Part shown: positions 23,249 to 38,099 of the stretch, one piece after another
Numbering within the stretch: position 1 is the first letter of the stretch
Layout of the letters: every line of letters begins with the position of its first letter
Source: Eledone cirrhosa
Taxonomy: Eukaryota
Assembly (NCBI GenBank): GCA_964016885.1
Contig: OZ024742.1
Coordinates: forward strand, 97,836,001 to 97,900,000
Direction: 5' to 3'
DNA length: 64,000 nucleotides
Notes under the pieces: generated by a model
Databases searched by the model: none
The model's input: the letters and a program-made list of their open reading frames with translations, nothing else
What the model was told of the DNA's origin: nothing
Program-made: the position numbers and the translations under genes

Positions 23249-24799
23249 GAGTGGATCACAACATGTGTGATGGGAGGAACAAAGACGATTGATTCTAATC
23301 CAAGAATTCAGCATATTTTAAACAAATCGCTCTTGCCAATCTACAGTCAGGTACTGTTGATTTACTCAAAATTGTTACATTCAAACAATTCAGAAGACAG
23401 TTTAATTCGATCTATATAAATATGTGCAAAAATAAATAAATGACTGTAATAACATACTGAAATATAGGACCCAAAATTATATTTATTCTTAATTATATTT
23501 TCTTCGGAAAAATGCTTATTTTTCAAAATACTGTCCTAATTTACATAATTACTCTAAATGAATTATTTTTCTAATCAGGAAATTTTCCAATGTCTTTTGA
23601 AGTCCCTTCGGTAATAAAAGATTGTTAGTTTTGCTTTTTTCTGTCTGGAGCTAAAAATAAATTCCAGAACGAAACATACATAGCACACGAGTTTCTTTTT
23701 CGAAATATGCTCCTGTTACACAACTGTACAATTGTGTCCTACATTTTCTAAGGTTAGGGTAATTCAGAGTGACACAGAATGTGACAAGGTTGACCCTTTT
23801 AGTTACAGTTATATCACCTTTTTTGTCAGGTAAGTAGACTAGATTAATGTGAAATTAAATGTCTTGCTAAATGGTGCAACGCTCCGCGAGTAATGCAACT
23901 CAGTCTTTCACACACAAGTTTGAGTGAGCAATCAGAATAAATGCACTCAATACGTGTAGTTCATTCATTCCAAGCGGATGATTCAAACCATCACTCCTCC
24001 GGCATCCTCTCTTATGTGGATTCATTCAGGAAACCAAGAGAAAAAACTTGAAATGATTAATTGTTTGGAAATCTTCTGAATAAATTAATAATAAAATAAA
24101 TCGAGAAACATGACCTACACTTTAGCTTGATGAAAAAGCATTCAGTTTCGCCAAGACTAATACATTTGTGTGTCGACCTCTTATACGTTATTGCTGAGGT
24201 GAAGTTTCCCGTGCACATACACATATATACATACACACATCACTTGCTGGAAGTAAAGTCTCTCAGATATAATAGGCAGTATTTTTTCGTTCAAAAAATG
24301 TTCAGCAACATTTCAATGGATATGAAAACAAAAATTATATATGTATATATATATATTCAAATTCAGAGTATGTATATCCGCATTGTATGACTCAGTGTGT
24401 GAAAACAGCTTTATATTTAAATGTAATTCTATAAAGTACATTCAAATTTGAAAAAAAATCTTAAATAAAAATAAGTCAAAACTTAAACTTGTTATTCATT
24501 AAAGTATAGCTAAGGTAAATCATAAATGAATATAATGACTTTAAAAAAAAACAGACTTTATAAAAATTAATATTAGTAAGTTAACGCCAAAGTAATCTGC
24601 CAAATGAATTCGTGCAGTTGTGAATCAAATACGTATTTTAGAAATACTGAATTCGTGCAATAGTTACACCCAGTTTCGTACCTTATCCAATTGATTTGCA
24701 TTTCGCCAAAGTAATTCCACTTTTTATACTCCTATCGCTTCAGCTTAATACCCACATCCAAATAATTTGCATCTTACCGAAAGAACATAAAAGCAAAGT

Positions 24800-25260
24800 C
24801 AAATGGATCAACTCATACAAAAGGTGACCAAAATTAAACTTCACCATATACGAACATGGCAAAGCTAGTAAAATGGATTCAAATCTTGTGATGTGTTACT
24901 ACAGATTTCTGTCATTCAGTCAGTTTATAAATTAATTCAGAGGTGAATATAGGCTTCGCTTCAAGATATGAAGTAATTTCAGGGAATTCTACTTTAAGAA
25001 ATGTGACTAAAATTGCATTGTCTACTTCAATATCAAATGGAAAAATAATCCATTCAAGAATGTTCCTGTTTAGCCTAATATTTGTGCTAATGAAACCTAT
25101 ACTTTCGTTTAAAACATAATTCAAACATTAAAGATGCATTTGTGCATTTATTTTTTCTCACGTAATGCTGCTTTAAACACCTGTAAATTAGAATGTGCTA
25201 CGCGATTAGTTTCTTTGAAAGAAAATATATTTTGTTAGGGGTGGATCAGAAGTCTATCAA
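24800..25260 (-). pseudogene. hAT (Charlie/Buster-type) transposase C-terminal remnant
   Basis: EWIIFPF..EF.EITS..EAK..F followed by FESILLALPCSYMVK (dimerisation-domain-like). Confidence 0.55.
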
Positions 25261-25665
25261 GTAAAATGTTTGAAAAGCCCCGCAATCAATTGTAGATTTG
25301 TAACATGTCAAACGACCACCAATATACCCTTTAGATTTTAGAAGATAATATCCAAAAAAATGTTATGTTGTGCATTCTTTCGTTAAATCATTTATAATTA
25401 AACTTGATTCTGAGGTGTGGGTTATGGAGTTCTCCGGTAGGGAACCTCAGAAAAAGAATATTTTACAACGGCTTTGAAAGCTCCAATCGTTCATACCACA
25501 CACACTAAATAAAAATAAAAATTGTTGGAAAAACATAAATTTCAACTTCAAAATTCTAACCAAATCCACCCAGTAACTACCCTTATACGATTACACTCGT
25601 CCCTGATAATAAAAAAATAAAATGTTTTCTATTATTAATGTATTTACACAATCAAAATATTATAA

Positions 25666-25930
25666 GTGGATTAACAGTATCGGTAGAGCGTCGGACAATA
25701 TGCTTTGCGACATAGAGTTACGGTTCTTTATGTTCTGAGTTCAAAATGCCGCCGAGGTTAGCTTTGCCTTTCATCCTTACGGGGTCGATAAAATAAAGCA
25801 CCAGTTACGCACTGGGGTCGATATAATCGACTTTTCTCTTCCGCTTCAAGTTGCTGGCCTTGTGCCAAATGTAGAAACAATTATTACTATTAAAAGGCTG
25901 GCCTTGTACCAAATGTAGAAGCAATTATTA
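25666..25930 (+). mobile_element. tRNA-derived SINE, same family, with a duplicated tail
   Basis: Full head and body; GGCCTTGT.CCAAATGTAGAA.CAATTATTA occurs twice. Confidence 0.88.
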
Positions 25931-27424
25931 TTTAGAAAATAATTTAAGGAAACTAACCTTGTGAATGCATTATATTATTTTGAGCATAGGCGGCAAATCA
26001 CGCATGCTATCAAGACATTGGGGTTGTGTGGCTCTTGTAAGTAGGGGAAAATCGAATGGAAAGAGTAAGAAGTGGAAGTGTTAAAACATAACATTAAGAC
26101 GTATCAAACGAGTTACGAAATTATACCACATACCGTAATATTTCGCTCTAAGTATATAAAATATCAGACAATGAAATATTGAAAGGAACTTGCATTTACG
26201 TTGTAAGAATTTACGTTTAGAATTTTCTTTTTAATCGATAAACTGAAATATTTATTTGTGAATTTTATCGATATATTCTTGCTCTCTAACAACAATGTTT
26301 GTAGTCAATCGCTGCTAATACTTTAACTCAACAAGATAAAGCAGTCAGATATGTGTCTCAGAAATGAAGGAATAAGTCTAAGGTTTCAATAAGACTGTTA
26401 CCTTTTATTTTATTGTCTGTTATTTTACATATACAATGAGAAATATCTCATGTATGCATTGAAAACACTCTTTTCGCATAAGCGTTAACTTGATACCATT
26501 TTCGTAATTTGTTTCCATGTTTGCTTTTGCGGATTTTGATATTTAACTATAGATTCACATGAGTAATATAGTCCATTGCTTACACACGGGTGTTTTACAA
26601 CTCGAGTGGATATACCCAACTTTTCGTCAAGCATAATATTTGTTGAATATCTCTACCTACGTGAGACTACTGCTTCATTATATATATATTTATTCCGTTA
26701 CATGAGACTGAATTCCTAATTACGAAAGAATGAGCCCTTGATACGTAAACATAGAGGTAATATAATTTCAAGAGAATTGATAATTGATAGTCTATGTGAG
26801 TAAATCACTGCCAATAATATGTTTCGTCTATTAACATCACGAAACGTAAGTATTTTATGAAAAGAAGTGCCGACATTAACATATATGAAATATGTGTGTA
26901 TGACTCATCTTCCACATAAACTATGTTGAACGTTATGGATCACCAAAAAGAAACCTGCTGATAGGTATTGAACAAGTTGTTTGCCTTCAAGGGGAAAGTA
27001 CTATGAACTTGTACAACATGGTGTTTGTGATTTTAACCATGTAAATAAAGAGTTAATAGAAATGTGTCACGTAGAGAGAGAGAGAGAGATAAAAGGAGCC
27101 GTTCGAGAAAAGAATCAAGATAGATATATAGATAGGTAGTGAGTTAGAAATAGAGAGATACTTATGTAGAAACAGACACTGACAGCTCATTATTAAGGCA
27201 GATAAATGAATAAAAACAATATTTCCTTGAGTGAATGAGAAAGGAAATGTGACAAAAAGAGAGACAATTAGAGAGATAGGTGGGGAATAGAAGGATAGAT
27301 ATAAACAGTAACTATTTATAGAGAGATATAAGCAGAAAAGACATTGAGAAGAGAGAAAAGATAGCTAGAAACAGGAAATGAAGTGAAAAAGAGAGAGAAG
27401 CGATAGATTCTAGCAGCAAATGTA

Positions 27425-27632
27425 ATGGTTTCTGGTTTAGGCACAAGGCCAACAATTCTCGGGAAAATAGATTAAATCGACCTCAATGGGTTACAGGTAC
27501 TTTACTTTATCGACCCCGTAAGAATAAATGGCAAAGATAACCTTGGAGGGATTTGAACTCAGAACATAAAGAATTGTACCTATATGACGCACAGCTTGTT
27601 GTCCGACACTCTACCGATATCACCAATCCCAT
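27425..27632 (-). mobile_element. tRNA-derived SINE, same family
   Basis: Reverse complement of the family consensus (GGATTTGAACTCAGAAC, TTATCGACCCCG). Confidence 0.8.
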
Positions 27633-29293
27633 ACCAATGTAACAGCAAATATGAGAAGTAGAACTAGCAAATAAAGTAAGAGAGAGGGAGAAACAGCAAG
27701 TAAAGATAGAAAATGTGGAAGAGAGACAAACAACAAATACAATGAGAGCGACACATAAGAGCGACACATAAGAACGGCACATAAGAGCGAGTGAGAGAAA
27801 CATAGAGAGAGAAAATAAATACTGAGAAGAAGAGAAATAGATAAGTAGAGAGAGAGAGAGAAAGGAGTGACGAGCATATAAGGACAATAAAATATAGAAA
27901 TAGATAGAAATAGCGAATAACGTGAGAAAGAAAAAGAGAAAATGGCAGAACGTGAATGACAAGGAAATACAGCAAAGACAAAAATAAAAATAAAGAAAAT
28001 CAAAGAAGGAAAGAAAAACAGGCATAGATTAGATAGATTAACAGAACGAAATAAAAGAGATATTGAATTGAATGAATGTCGAAATCCTTGCCAGAACTAA
28101 ATTGCCGGACATAAAACAGTAAAACCATCAGAGATAAAATAGTAATCTTGTATAAGTTAAACTTCTACCTTTACACGTTTCTGCTGTACAAAAATGGCCG
28201 ACAAAATTACAGCAGGAGAGACTATATGCTCCAGCCCCCTCTATTGGAGGCATAAAAGTACTATAAAAACATCCAGGAAACTTGTTATCGTTTGACCGGT
28301 AGCTAAATACTATTTTATTTTCCTAGCATTTGCGTTGGAAATGATTGAATAAAGATGCGGATCATTTTCCTTGTGTTTATAATACGATAAGGTCTTCCGA
28401 TTTTGTGTGTTTTAAGTATTTTTATTCATTTATTTATGTATTTTTTCCTCCTAGTTAAGGACAACCGTCAGTTGGTTCAGGACTTCAGTCTGGCTAATGA
28501 CATCATGGCACCGATCCAGTGTATATTTTTGGTCCTGGCTAATTTAATGAGTAAACAAGAAACTGCAGATTAGATTTTTAGACTGCAGTCGTAAATATAT
28601 CTATCGTGTAATCTTCATTGATGCTCTTTAACGGCGAGTATTGGGGAAACTTTCACTGTCCATACTGCTGGCTATAAAGGTGGTGGTGGTGAAGAGGTTG
28701 TTGGTCTCAGTGGTGGTGGTGGTGGTGTAAGTGATAGATATGTTAGTGATGTTGTTTTCCATACTGATGTTCATAGTGTTGCTGTTGGTAGTAGCTGTTG
28801 TTGCCGTGGTGGTGAAAGTATTGTTGTTGTTGGTGGTGGTATTTTCCAGACTGGTAGCTATGGAGGAGTTGATGGCGATTGTGGTGGAAGTAGTGGTGAT
28901 GAGAGTGGTAGAGTTGCTGTTGCTGTTACTGGTGGTGGTGTTTTTGAAACTAGTCACAGAAGTGGTTACAGTGAAAGTTGTGATGGTGCAAGTGATGTTA
29001 TTAGTGGTGATATGATTGTAGTTAGAGGTAATGATGGAGGTGGTATCCATGGTAATAGTACAGGTGCTGGTGGTGCACATCATAGACATGTAAGTGCGAT
29101 GATATTCTTGTCGTTGGTATTTCGGCTGCTGTTGTTATTATTATGGGTTGTTGTGGTAGTAGTAGTTCAGGTGGTCAGGCTGGAATGACGAAAGTAGTTT
29201 GGTGTCGCTTCTTGTAGTCGTGATGTTGATGGTCGTAGTAGCTGTGGAAACGGTATTAACGTTAGTAACGGTAGTGAGGCTGGATGGCATACA

Positions 29294-29423
<130 letters not shown>

Positions 29424-29580
29424 GGTAAGTTATTCCGGGTTGAGTCGGAGGTAACCACTGTAAGTAAGGTACTCAATACATAGCATAAGTTTTAATAAGA
29501 TGAGATTCTACAGAACTAGAACTGTTTCATTCTTGATGATTTCTCAAGAATGAAACAGTTCGAGTCCTGTAGAATCTCAT

Positions 29581-29585
<5 letters not shown>
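29424..29585. mobile_element. Short fold-back element (arms 29495-29536 / 29544-29585); family also at ~3568-3625, 23020-23160, 39703-39784, ~57653-57695
   Basis: Shared CTACAGGACTAGAACTGTTTCATTC. In three copies the terminus GTGGTTACC..CCG..AACTTA sits next to (TA)n. Confidence 0.8.
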
Positions 29586-29639
<54 letters not shown>

Positions 29640-29643
<4 letters not shown>

Positions 29644-31330
29644 AAAATTTAGGAGGGTCATGCTGCCAATAAAAACACACGCACCTGTTGGTTTCTCTTC
29701 AGTATATTATAAACTCCCAGTCGGGTAGTATAATAACCGGACGGTTGTTTAGTTGTTGATTGTCAACGCTCTTTCATTACACATTCTGTGACCTCTCCAG
29801 TGCCTAATTTTGTTGTTATTTTGTGTTCTCCTTAGTTCTGTTCTACAATACCTTGTTTTGTGAGCCGTGTAATTGGGGTATGCATGTATTATATCCGGGT
29901 TTGTGTGTGTTTTTATTTATTTATTGTATCTATTTTAATATATCTATTTGTTTATTTATTTATAGGTTTATTTACTTGTCACTAGTTGGTTTGGAAGACC
30001 TTATCTGTGTGTGTCTGGTTTGTTGTATTAGTTTAGTTCTTCTGTGTCTCTGTGTGTCTTTATCTTGTCGTTAGTTACTACGTTATGACTTTGATTGCAA
30101 TTCCACTTATGTTTTCTGTTTAGTTTTGGTTGGAGTTCGTTTATGATTGTCGCTTCTGTAATCTGTCGGAGCATTGGGTCTTTTCTGTGTGTGGATATGG
30201 TTTTTATCTCGATGTCCTCTAGTGAGTCCTCATGTTCGATTCTGGCATGTTGGTCGAGTACAGATGAGTTTTTCCCATCTTGGAGTTCTCTGCAGTGTAC
30301 TTTTATCATTTCTCCTGTGCTACAGGCCGCCTCACTTATGTAAATCGTGTTGTATATGTTTATCTAATGCTTACGATCCCACATGCGGGACGCATTCTTC
30401 ATCACCATGTCCGCAATTAGTATGACTGTCATATCCGAAATGGCTGAGTTTCGGTGGATCAGGTATTTGGAGCCCATGGATCTGGCATAATACGAATGGA
30501 GGACCTGTGTTTTATTACTAATGGTTTCTAACCAGATTTCTGTGTTTAGTACAGGTAGTCTCTGGTTAGGTTGTTTAGATGGACAGTCCACGATAAATCT
30601 TATACTCTGGTGGGTGGACATAGCTAATTTGCTAGACGCTTTCCATGGTGTTCCTTTCTAATTCCTGACAACTCTCTTGTTGGGGTGTTTTAACTACGTT
30701 ACTGATGCCACACACGTAACGGGAGCACATTGTCAAAGTTATATAGTTCTAAGCGTGCTATATACGTCTCCTGTCCCACCATATCATATAGAAGTTAGCT
30801 ACTTACCAGCAATGTTGACGCCATTGGCCAGCCCCCCTTCTTTGGTATATGTTTTGCCATTGAACCCAAGTATATATTTATTTGGGGTTAGTTTTATACT
30901 GGGCCTCCAAAGCGTGTGCGATTATTTTCTTTACTTGGTCGTGTTTTCGGAGGTCCTTATGGCTGTGGTCCACCCACTCCATTTTCAGTGTGGCTCTTCT
31001 TGGCCATTGAGGTAATGTTAAGTGGTCTGTCTCTCCCTGGTCTTGTGGCTCAGAGGCTGCTAAGTTCATGTGCATATAATTATTCTTTATCCCACGTAAA
31101 TAAAAGTAGGAATCTAAGCGCGCTGGTGTCATTACCACTGAAGTCTACCCAATTTCGTTGATCATTTCTCAGCATTTTTCCACAGCAAAATCTACGTCAA
31201 TATATTGGTATAGGTCCACCACATCCATGCTACCTATTGCACATCCTGTTAGATCCACAGATAGTTTGCATTAATTGATTCTGCTAAGGAGGTCTTCCGT
31301 GATGTCACATATGTCTGAGGACATTACTAA
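29640..31330 (-). mobile_element. Decayed Penelope-like element of a third, divergent family (RT, thumb, C-terminal GIY-YIG, pLTR)
   Basis: Fragments GSMDVVDLY..ID (~31230), FNGK.Y..EGG, IRFIVDCPS..NQRLPVLN, HARIEH..MLRQITEATII..QPKLNRK. The terminus TGTTA..GGAGGGTCATGCTGCCAATAA abuts (TA)n at 29640. Confidence 0.85.
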
Positions 31331-31689
31331 TAGCCTCACAACTACCAATGTCGTCACCACCACAAATAAGGCAACAATCACCAACAAAACTGTGACAACC
31401 AAAACCATTATCACAACCACAATCACCATCACGTCGGCCAATGCTACCATCACACATCACCATTGTCACAAACTCTAACACAACCAACTTTAGTACCATC
31501 ACCACCACAACAACCAACACCACTGCTACCCAAACTATAACCGCTACCACCACCACCATTATAGCCAGTGTTCAATATATAATCATTATTGAAGTGAATT
31601 TAATATTAAGATTACTTAGATGGTTCAGATGTTACCATAAATCACTTTAGCAACTGTAAACCAACAGCTATGGCAACTACCACCACCAA

Positions 31690-31691
31690 TG

Positions 31692-31760
<69 letters not shown>

Positions 31761-31775
31761 TTACTACTACTTCTA

Positions 31776-31810
<35 letters not shown>

Positions 31811-31820
31811 TATACTACCA

Positions 31821-31891
<71 letters not shown>
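31690..31891. repeat. (TAC)n/(TGC)n microsatellite within a wider degenerate trinucleotide region (28670-29290, 31330-31570, 32710-33150, 34280-34355)
   Basis: Direct observation. Confidence 0.95.
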
Positions 31892-33453
31892 CATTTCCAA
31901 GCAAATTCCTGATGATGATGTTGGTAGTGGTTGTGTCGTTGATAGATTGTAATGATAAAGGAGACCATGATAAGGGGGTGATAGTCACCATCATTATAGT
32001 TGTAGTTGTTTTAATGATGGTAGTGGTGGTGGTGGGGTGGGATTGAAATCGGCGTGGTTTTGAGACAAGAAGTAGTTGTAGCCATCACCATTATCATTAT
32101 CCACTTCCATGCTGCTATCAGCTGGTTGGGTTGTCTTGATCCAAGACTTCGTAGGTCAGCAAGAGCTCATCTTTCTCACACGTTCCATAGTTGGCATTAT
32201 TTCTATAGACAAATACCTTTCCTAAACCCAACCACCTTAGAGGTCGTACAAGATGAATTTTTATGGCGACACCAGCACTGACGCATTACAGAGTGTACTG
32301 AGTGTAATTTATCTTGTGGTGGTCATGTGATTATGGTGGTTGTGTTAAAGGTGAGTGTAGAGGCAGTAATGATTGAAAATTGTGGTGGTGAAGGTAATAC
32401 AATGAGAACTATCACTCACTATTGAGTATGGCTTGGTAGTATGTCCAACACTTTCACCAGGGGATTTAAATACCGTCACATTTGCAAGCAGACACAGACA
32501 CCCTCAACCCTTCATTTGATCCATCAGAACATCCAAAATGTTACAGCTAGAAGGAGCATGTGCTTCACCAGCACTTTACTAGTTCTTATTTTATCAATGC
32601 TAAAATTATGAAAGGCAAAATGGGCCTCAACAGGTTTTTAATTCAGAATGCAGAGAACTAGAATAAACATTCAACACTTTAATGGCCCTTCCAAATCGAC
32701 CACCTGAAGTTTATAGTAGTGGTGATGATAACTGACTTTGTTGCATTGGTGGTGGTAATTGCAGTAGAAGTAGTGGAGGTGCTGATGGTGATGGGGTTCA
32801 TGGTGTTCATGGTGGTGCTATTGGGGAAGGTGATAATAGTGGTGGTGAAAGTTGGTGTAATGGTTATTGTGAGGACTGTGGCATCAGCAATAATAATAAT
32901 GTTGTTGATGATAATGGTGATTATTGAAGAGGTATAATTGGTGAGCGTGATAGTAATTGTGGTAATGATTGATGTTTTCGAGGTGGTGGTGGGGGTGTTG
33001 TTGACAGTCATAGTAAAAGTAGTAGTAATGTTGCTGTTGATGAAGATGGTGGTTGATGATCTTACTGATGGTGGTGGTAGCATTGGTGAATGAGATAGTA
33101 ATGATCGTGATGATGACAGTATTAGTTGAAGTAGCAGTAATCATTATATTATAGATATTATAGTACTGGATGAGGTTAAGCATTTAATAGCAATTGTTGT
33201 GGATTGGGAGAATAGTAGCATAAGTTTGTAAGGGATTCAAATTCAGTTGTTACAAAGACATGGCAATATCTATAGTGCTTCACAATAACATGCATTTGGT
33301 AGAATGCAGAACCATACCTAAGCAAGATGAGAATCCCAGTCTCTCTTGGAGATATGTGGCTTTGATTCATTACAGACTTAGTCTGCAAAAACCCATCCAA
33401 CACTTAGCAACAGGGAAAATGCACATTAAATAATGATACACACATACACACAG

Positions 33454-33484
<31 letters not shown>

Positions 33485-33780
33485 CATGATAGACAACAGA
33501 GGCCAGGTGTTGTCCCTCTCCGACTAAAAACGTTCCCCCTCAGAAAATTCTTAGTTGATGGATATGAAATCCGAAATATAGGGAAAATTAAATCACTTTC
33601 AAGGTAACTCTATCTCGTGTTATTATTTTACACTCTTTACTGCGTTCCTCTACAACCTATACATCTCATTCTACATTTCCACTTACATCTCTCTCATTAA
33701 GACCTGATTCTGTTTACCCACCTGCATTGTTGACGCTTCCAAAGCGGCCAATTTTATATATATATATATATATATATATG

Positions 33781-33940
33781 AAAAGAGTCAGGACCCCGAC
33801 GGTTGAGCGCCGGCCGTTTCGACAATTAGATCCCGTCGGGGTCCTGACTCTTTTCCTATTACCCACTCTACTACCCTAAGTATCGAGTACTCTGGTGCAT
33901 TATGGTCCACCTGATTCCTTATCACACTTTCCTTGTTTAT
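33781..33940. mobile_element. Fold-back element (arms 33781-33802 / 33833-33854); same family as 19521-19691
   Basis: The reverse complement of 33833-33940 aligns to 19521-19628. (TA)n flanks. Confidence 0.8.
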
Positions 33941-34284
33941 ATATATATATATATATATATACGCATTATTACTGCTATTACCATTATTTTTCTATAACCG
34001 AGAAGTATAAGAACATAAAATTATTATTTGCATCTCCGAATGTTTTACTAAAATTCCATACCAGACAATAAATATTATTATTGGTTGGAATAAATCTGGA
34101 AATAAAGCACTTGAAAAATAAAATGTTATAAAATAACAATAGTAATAAGAAGAAATACAATAAAGTAAATTTAAAACGAAATTTGCAGAACAATAATAAT
34201 ACTAAATGCAATGATCATGGTCATGATAACACTCACAACAACATTAGTAATATTCATAATAAAAATAGAAAAAACAACAACAAC

Positions 34285-34353
<69 letters not shown>

Positions 34354-34577
34354 AAGAAGAAGAAGAATAGTGATGATAATGGTGATGATATTACATTTTA
34401 TTGAGCAGTATATAAAAAACATTTGCTTCAACAACTATTTTGGTTCTCAACACAGAAATTAGTTCATATTCTTATTACTTGAATCATTTGGATAAAATAA
34501 AGTATATTCTATTAACCCCACTTTTTACCTTCCATCTAATCTGCTGGAAAATATAAAAAGTAAAAATTATGTAAAAT

Positions 34578-34900
34578 AGGTGCAGACATAGCTCTATAGT
34601 TAAGGTGTTTACTTTGCAGCTACATGATCCTTGATTCAGTTCCACTGCATGACACCTAGTGAAAGTATTACCTACTATAATAGGTTGGCCAAGTCATGGT
34701 CAGGGGAAATTGGTAAACAGAAACAGTAGAAGCGTGTCATGTATATGTATAAGTTTACTGTTTTATCTTACGTCATATAACTTAGTGGTGAGATAAAACA
34801 GAATTGATAAAATTAGTACAAGTCTTGCAAAAATATGTACTAGGATCATTTTGAGTACATAACTCAAGGTGTTGCTCAAGCATCATTGCAGGTCTAATGA
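34578..34900 (+). mobile_element. Second, older tRNA-derived SINE family (other copies ~3335-3497 -, ~42330-42455 -)
   Basis: Degenerate A/B boxes followed by TTCAGTTCCACTGCATGACACC..AAGT..TACTATA; mutual similarity among the three copies. Confidence 0.6.
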
Positions 34901-35945
34901 TTGAAACCAGTAAAATAACCACTGTTGGTTCTTTTACCCATTGTTTGACCTGAGATGTGTATTTTGTAGAAAAGTGTATTCTTAAAATAATTCTCAAGGC
35001 AATTAAGCATAACATTTGATTTAGGGGTAACAACACATTTTTTCCAGCCTGGTGTGAAAAATATTTTGCATTTGATACAAAAACACCCTTATGAAAACGA
35101 CTTAAGTAAAAGAACATAAATAAGATAAATTAAAATTAGAATGACATCAATTAAAATTTGAGTAACATGAATAAAAACAAACAAACATGCATTGAATTTT
35201 AAATAATTTAATATAACATGAATTAAAATCCAAACAATATTATATATGACATAAAATACATTACATAAAATAAGAAATAACATGAAATTAAAATATGAGA
35301 GAAATTAGTTGTATGTAGGACGATAATAGCAGTAATAACATCAACATCAACATGACAAATATGTCCTGTTTTATTTTAAGGAAACATATGTAGAATACAA
35401 AGAAACTGAAAATAGAAAATTTATTATTTCTCTTGAAATAAATTTAATGTTTAATTATACACACACAAACAGAAACACATACAGAAATATAGACACAAAG
35501 AAATATGTTTAAAGATACAGACTCACACTAAGACATACACATGCATAAACACATACACACAGAGACACGTGTTTACATAGATACATGCAGATATATACAC
35601 AGAAATAAATGTATTTAAAGAAACACACAGACATGTACTAACACAGACATACAGATGCATAGACACACACATACACATTTTTAAATGTTCACACACACAC
35701 ATACACATGCATGCTGACACATAACGTGTTCCAAAGATTCATACATACTCAAACAGCAACAGCATAGTCACAACACAAACACACACAAAGAAACATGGTA
35801 ACACACACATACAGACACACATACTTAAATTAACACACAGCCAAACGCAGACACACGCACATAGATACACAAACACGCACAGACAAATGCAAGCACACAC
35901 GCTTATATGCGCACAGACTCAGAGACACGATAGGGACACATGTAG

Positions 35946-35989
<44 letters not shown>

Positions 35990-37851
35990 GCATGTCTATA
36001 TACATATACAGACTCAGAGAGAGATGCACACTCAAACACGTGCGCATACATACCATAAAAATGTAATTTTCATTTGTAATCTATTTCCAATTATATTCTC
36101 AGTTTATGATTGGCTATCACTTTTTAAAGTTCTCTCTCTCTCTCCCCCTCTCTCTCTCTGTGTTTGCTTATATTTGAATGTCTGTAAATAAGCCATTATC
36201 AAATATATACCTATATAAGATGGTATTGACTTCTGTGTCTCAGTATACTGTGGCACTCATCTACCAAAGAAAGATAAAGAATCATGATATACATATCTAC
36301 GATGTTGTTACTTGGATGCTGAGGTAGTGGTTATATGATCACTGCTTAAAGTACTCACCCACTTAGCAAGCAGCATATAGTCAGCATCCACGTTCAGTCC
36401 ACTCTGTACTGTAGTAATGCTGTTGCCATAGAAAAAAGCACCTAGTCTACACTGAAAGGGTGTATTGTTGATACCATGATAAAAAAACACATGTAACGTG
36501 TCACAATAAAATGCTTCCAGTACATGCTGTAAACTGGTCAGCATTAGGAAGTGCAGCCATTCGTAGAAATGAAAACTGAACTTATGACCAGTTTAGCCTT
36601 AGTATGAGACAACATGTCTAACCAATGCAAGTATGAGAAATAAACATTAAATTGTCGAAGATGATGATAAGGAAACCTATTGTTATATTCCATATCCACC
36701 TGCATTATGAATCGCGCCGTGTCAGTACTGTTGCTAACTAAAGATAGCTTGTGAAGCTTGCACTATAGGTAAATAAACCCTGCAAATGATTTATTTACTT
36801 AATCCACATAAGAAGTTACTGTCTGTGTTAGGAGTGGCGTCCAACTGTAGAAACCATGTAAACATTGGAAAGTATGAGCAAGTTGTGGTCATCTGGCCCA
36901 TAAAAGAGGGCAGTAACTTTAAATAAGAGCTTGCCCAAACTAATATTCTGTCTAACCCATGCTAGCTTGGAAAGTATATATAAAATGACTATGATGATAT
37001 TTGACAGTTGTATAAAGAGGTGGCGGCTGTTTGAAATTGATGGAGCTTTCGGAAAAAGATGGCAGAAAGATATAGGACGAAGTGGTGAATACTGACCTTA
37101 AGAAGCTAACCCTGGTAATGAAAATGACAAATGACTATAATAATGAACATAGTGTGAATACATATAGATTAGTGGTTTAGTTTTCTAATATATTTTATCA
37201 CCATTGAGATCTTCAGTTTCCCTCGTTTATAGACTGCCAATTTCCCCTGTCAAATCGAAACGAGGGTATCAGCTATTAGAAAGAAATACCATGAGTAGAA
37301 AGGATGATGTAGTGAGTATCACTATCTGTTCTCCATGGTCATGCTTTTCCCATGTGAGGCACAGCTTAGAAATACTCTCCTTCCATAGGTGTACAGAGTG
37401 CCCACTTCCCATTTCATTACCCATTTTCTTCTTTCTTTTAGTTTTATTTCTTGCTTTTTTATCATTATATTGTAAACATATTTCAAAAATTGGAAATAAA
37501 TTTATATGTATTGTATTTTTATGTGTATCATAGTTTTCAAAACATGCAGGGTTTAATGAAATATGACTTGAAAATTGAAAATAGTTTTACACAACCAAGA
37601 TGAGAAAATATTATTCAAAAATTTACCTGAATACAATTGTCTTACAGATTTGACAAATTAGACATGTTGGAACATCACATGCAGGGGATTAAATCAGTAT
37701 ACAGACCTTAGTACTTATTTTAGGGATTGCCTTTTATTGAGAGGCTAAGATAGGATATGGATATACATACAAATATACATACTTATATGTATATATATGT
37801 ATCTCTCTCTCTCACTCTCTCTCTCGCTCTCTCTCGCTCTCTCTCTCTCTT

Positions 37852-37984
<133 letters not shown>

Positions 37985-38099
37985 TCCAGAAATGCAGAGC
38001 GGTTCCCCTAGCTGGTAAGTAGAGGAGTTCACATTCTTCAGAACCTTGCCTGGGGATACCCACGCCACAGCAATCCTTGTCCAGCATCTACTTGAATGG

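Noticed and set aside
33545-33590. Hammerhead at GGAT..ATCC-GAAA-TATA
   Set aside because: The 5' core and cleavage triplet are not recognisable; at best a decayed remnant.
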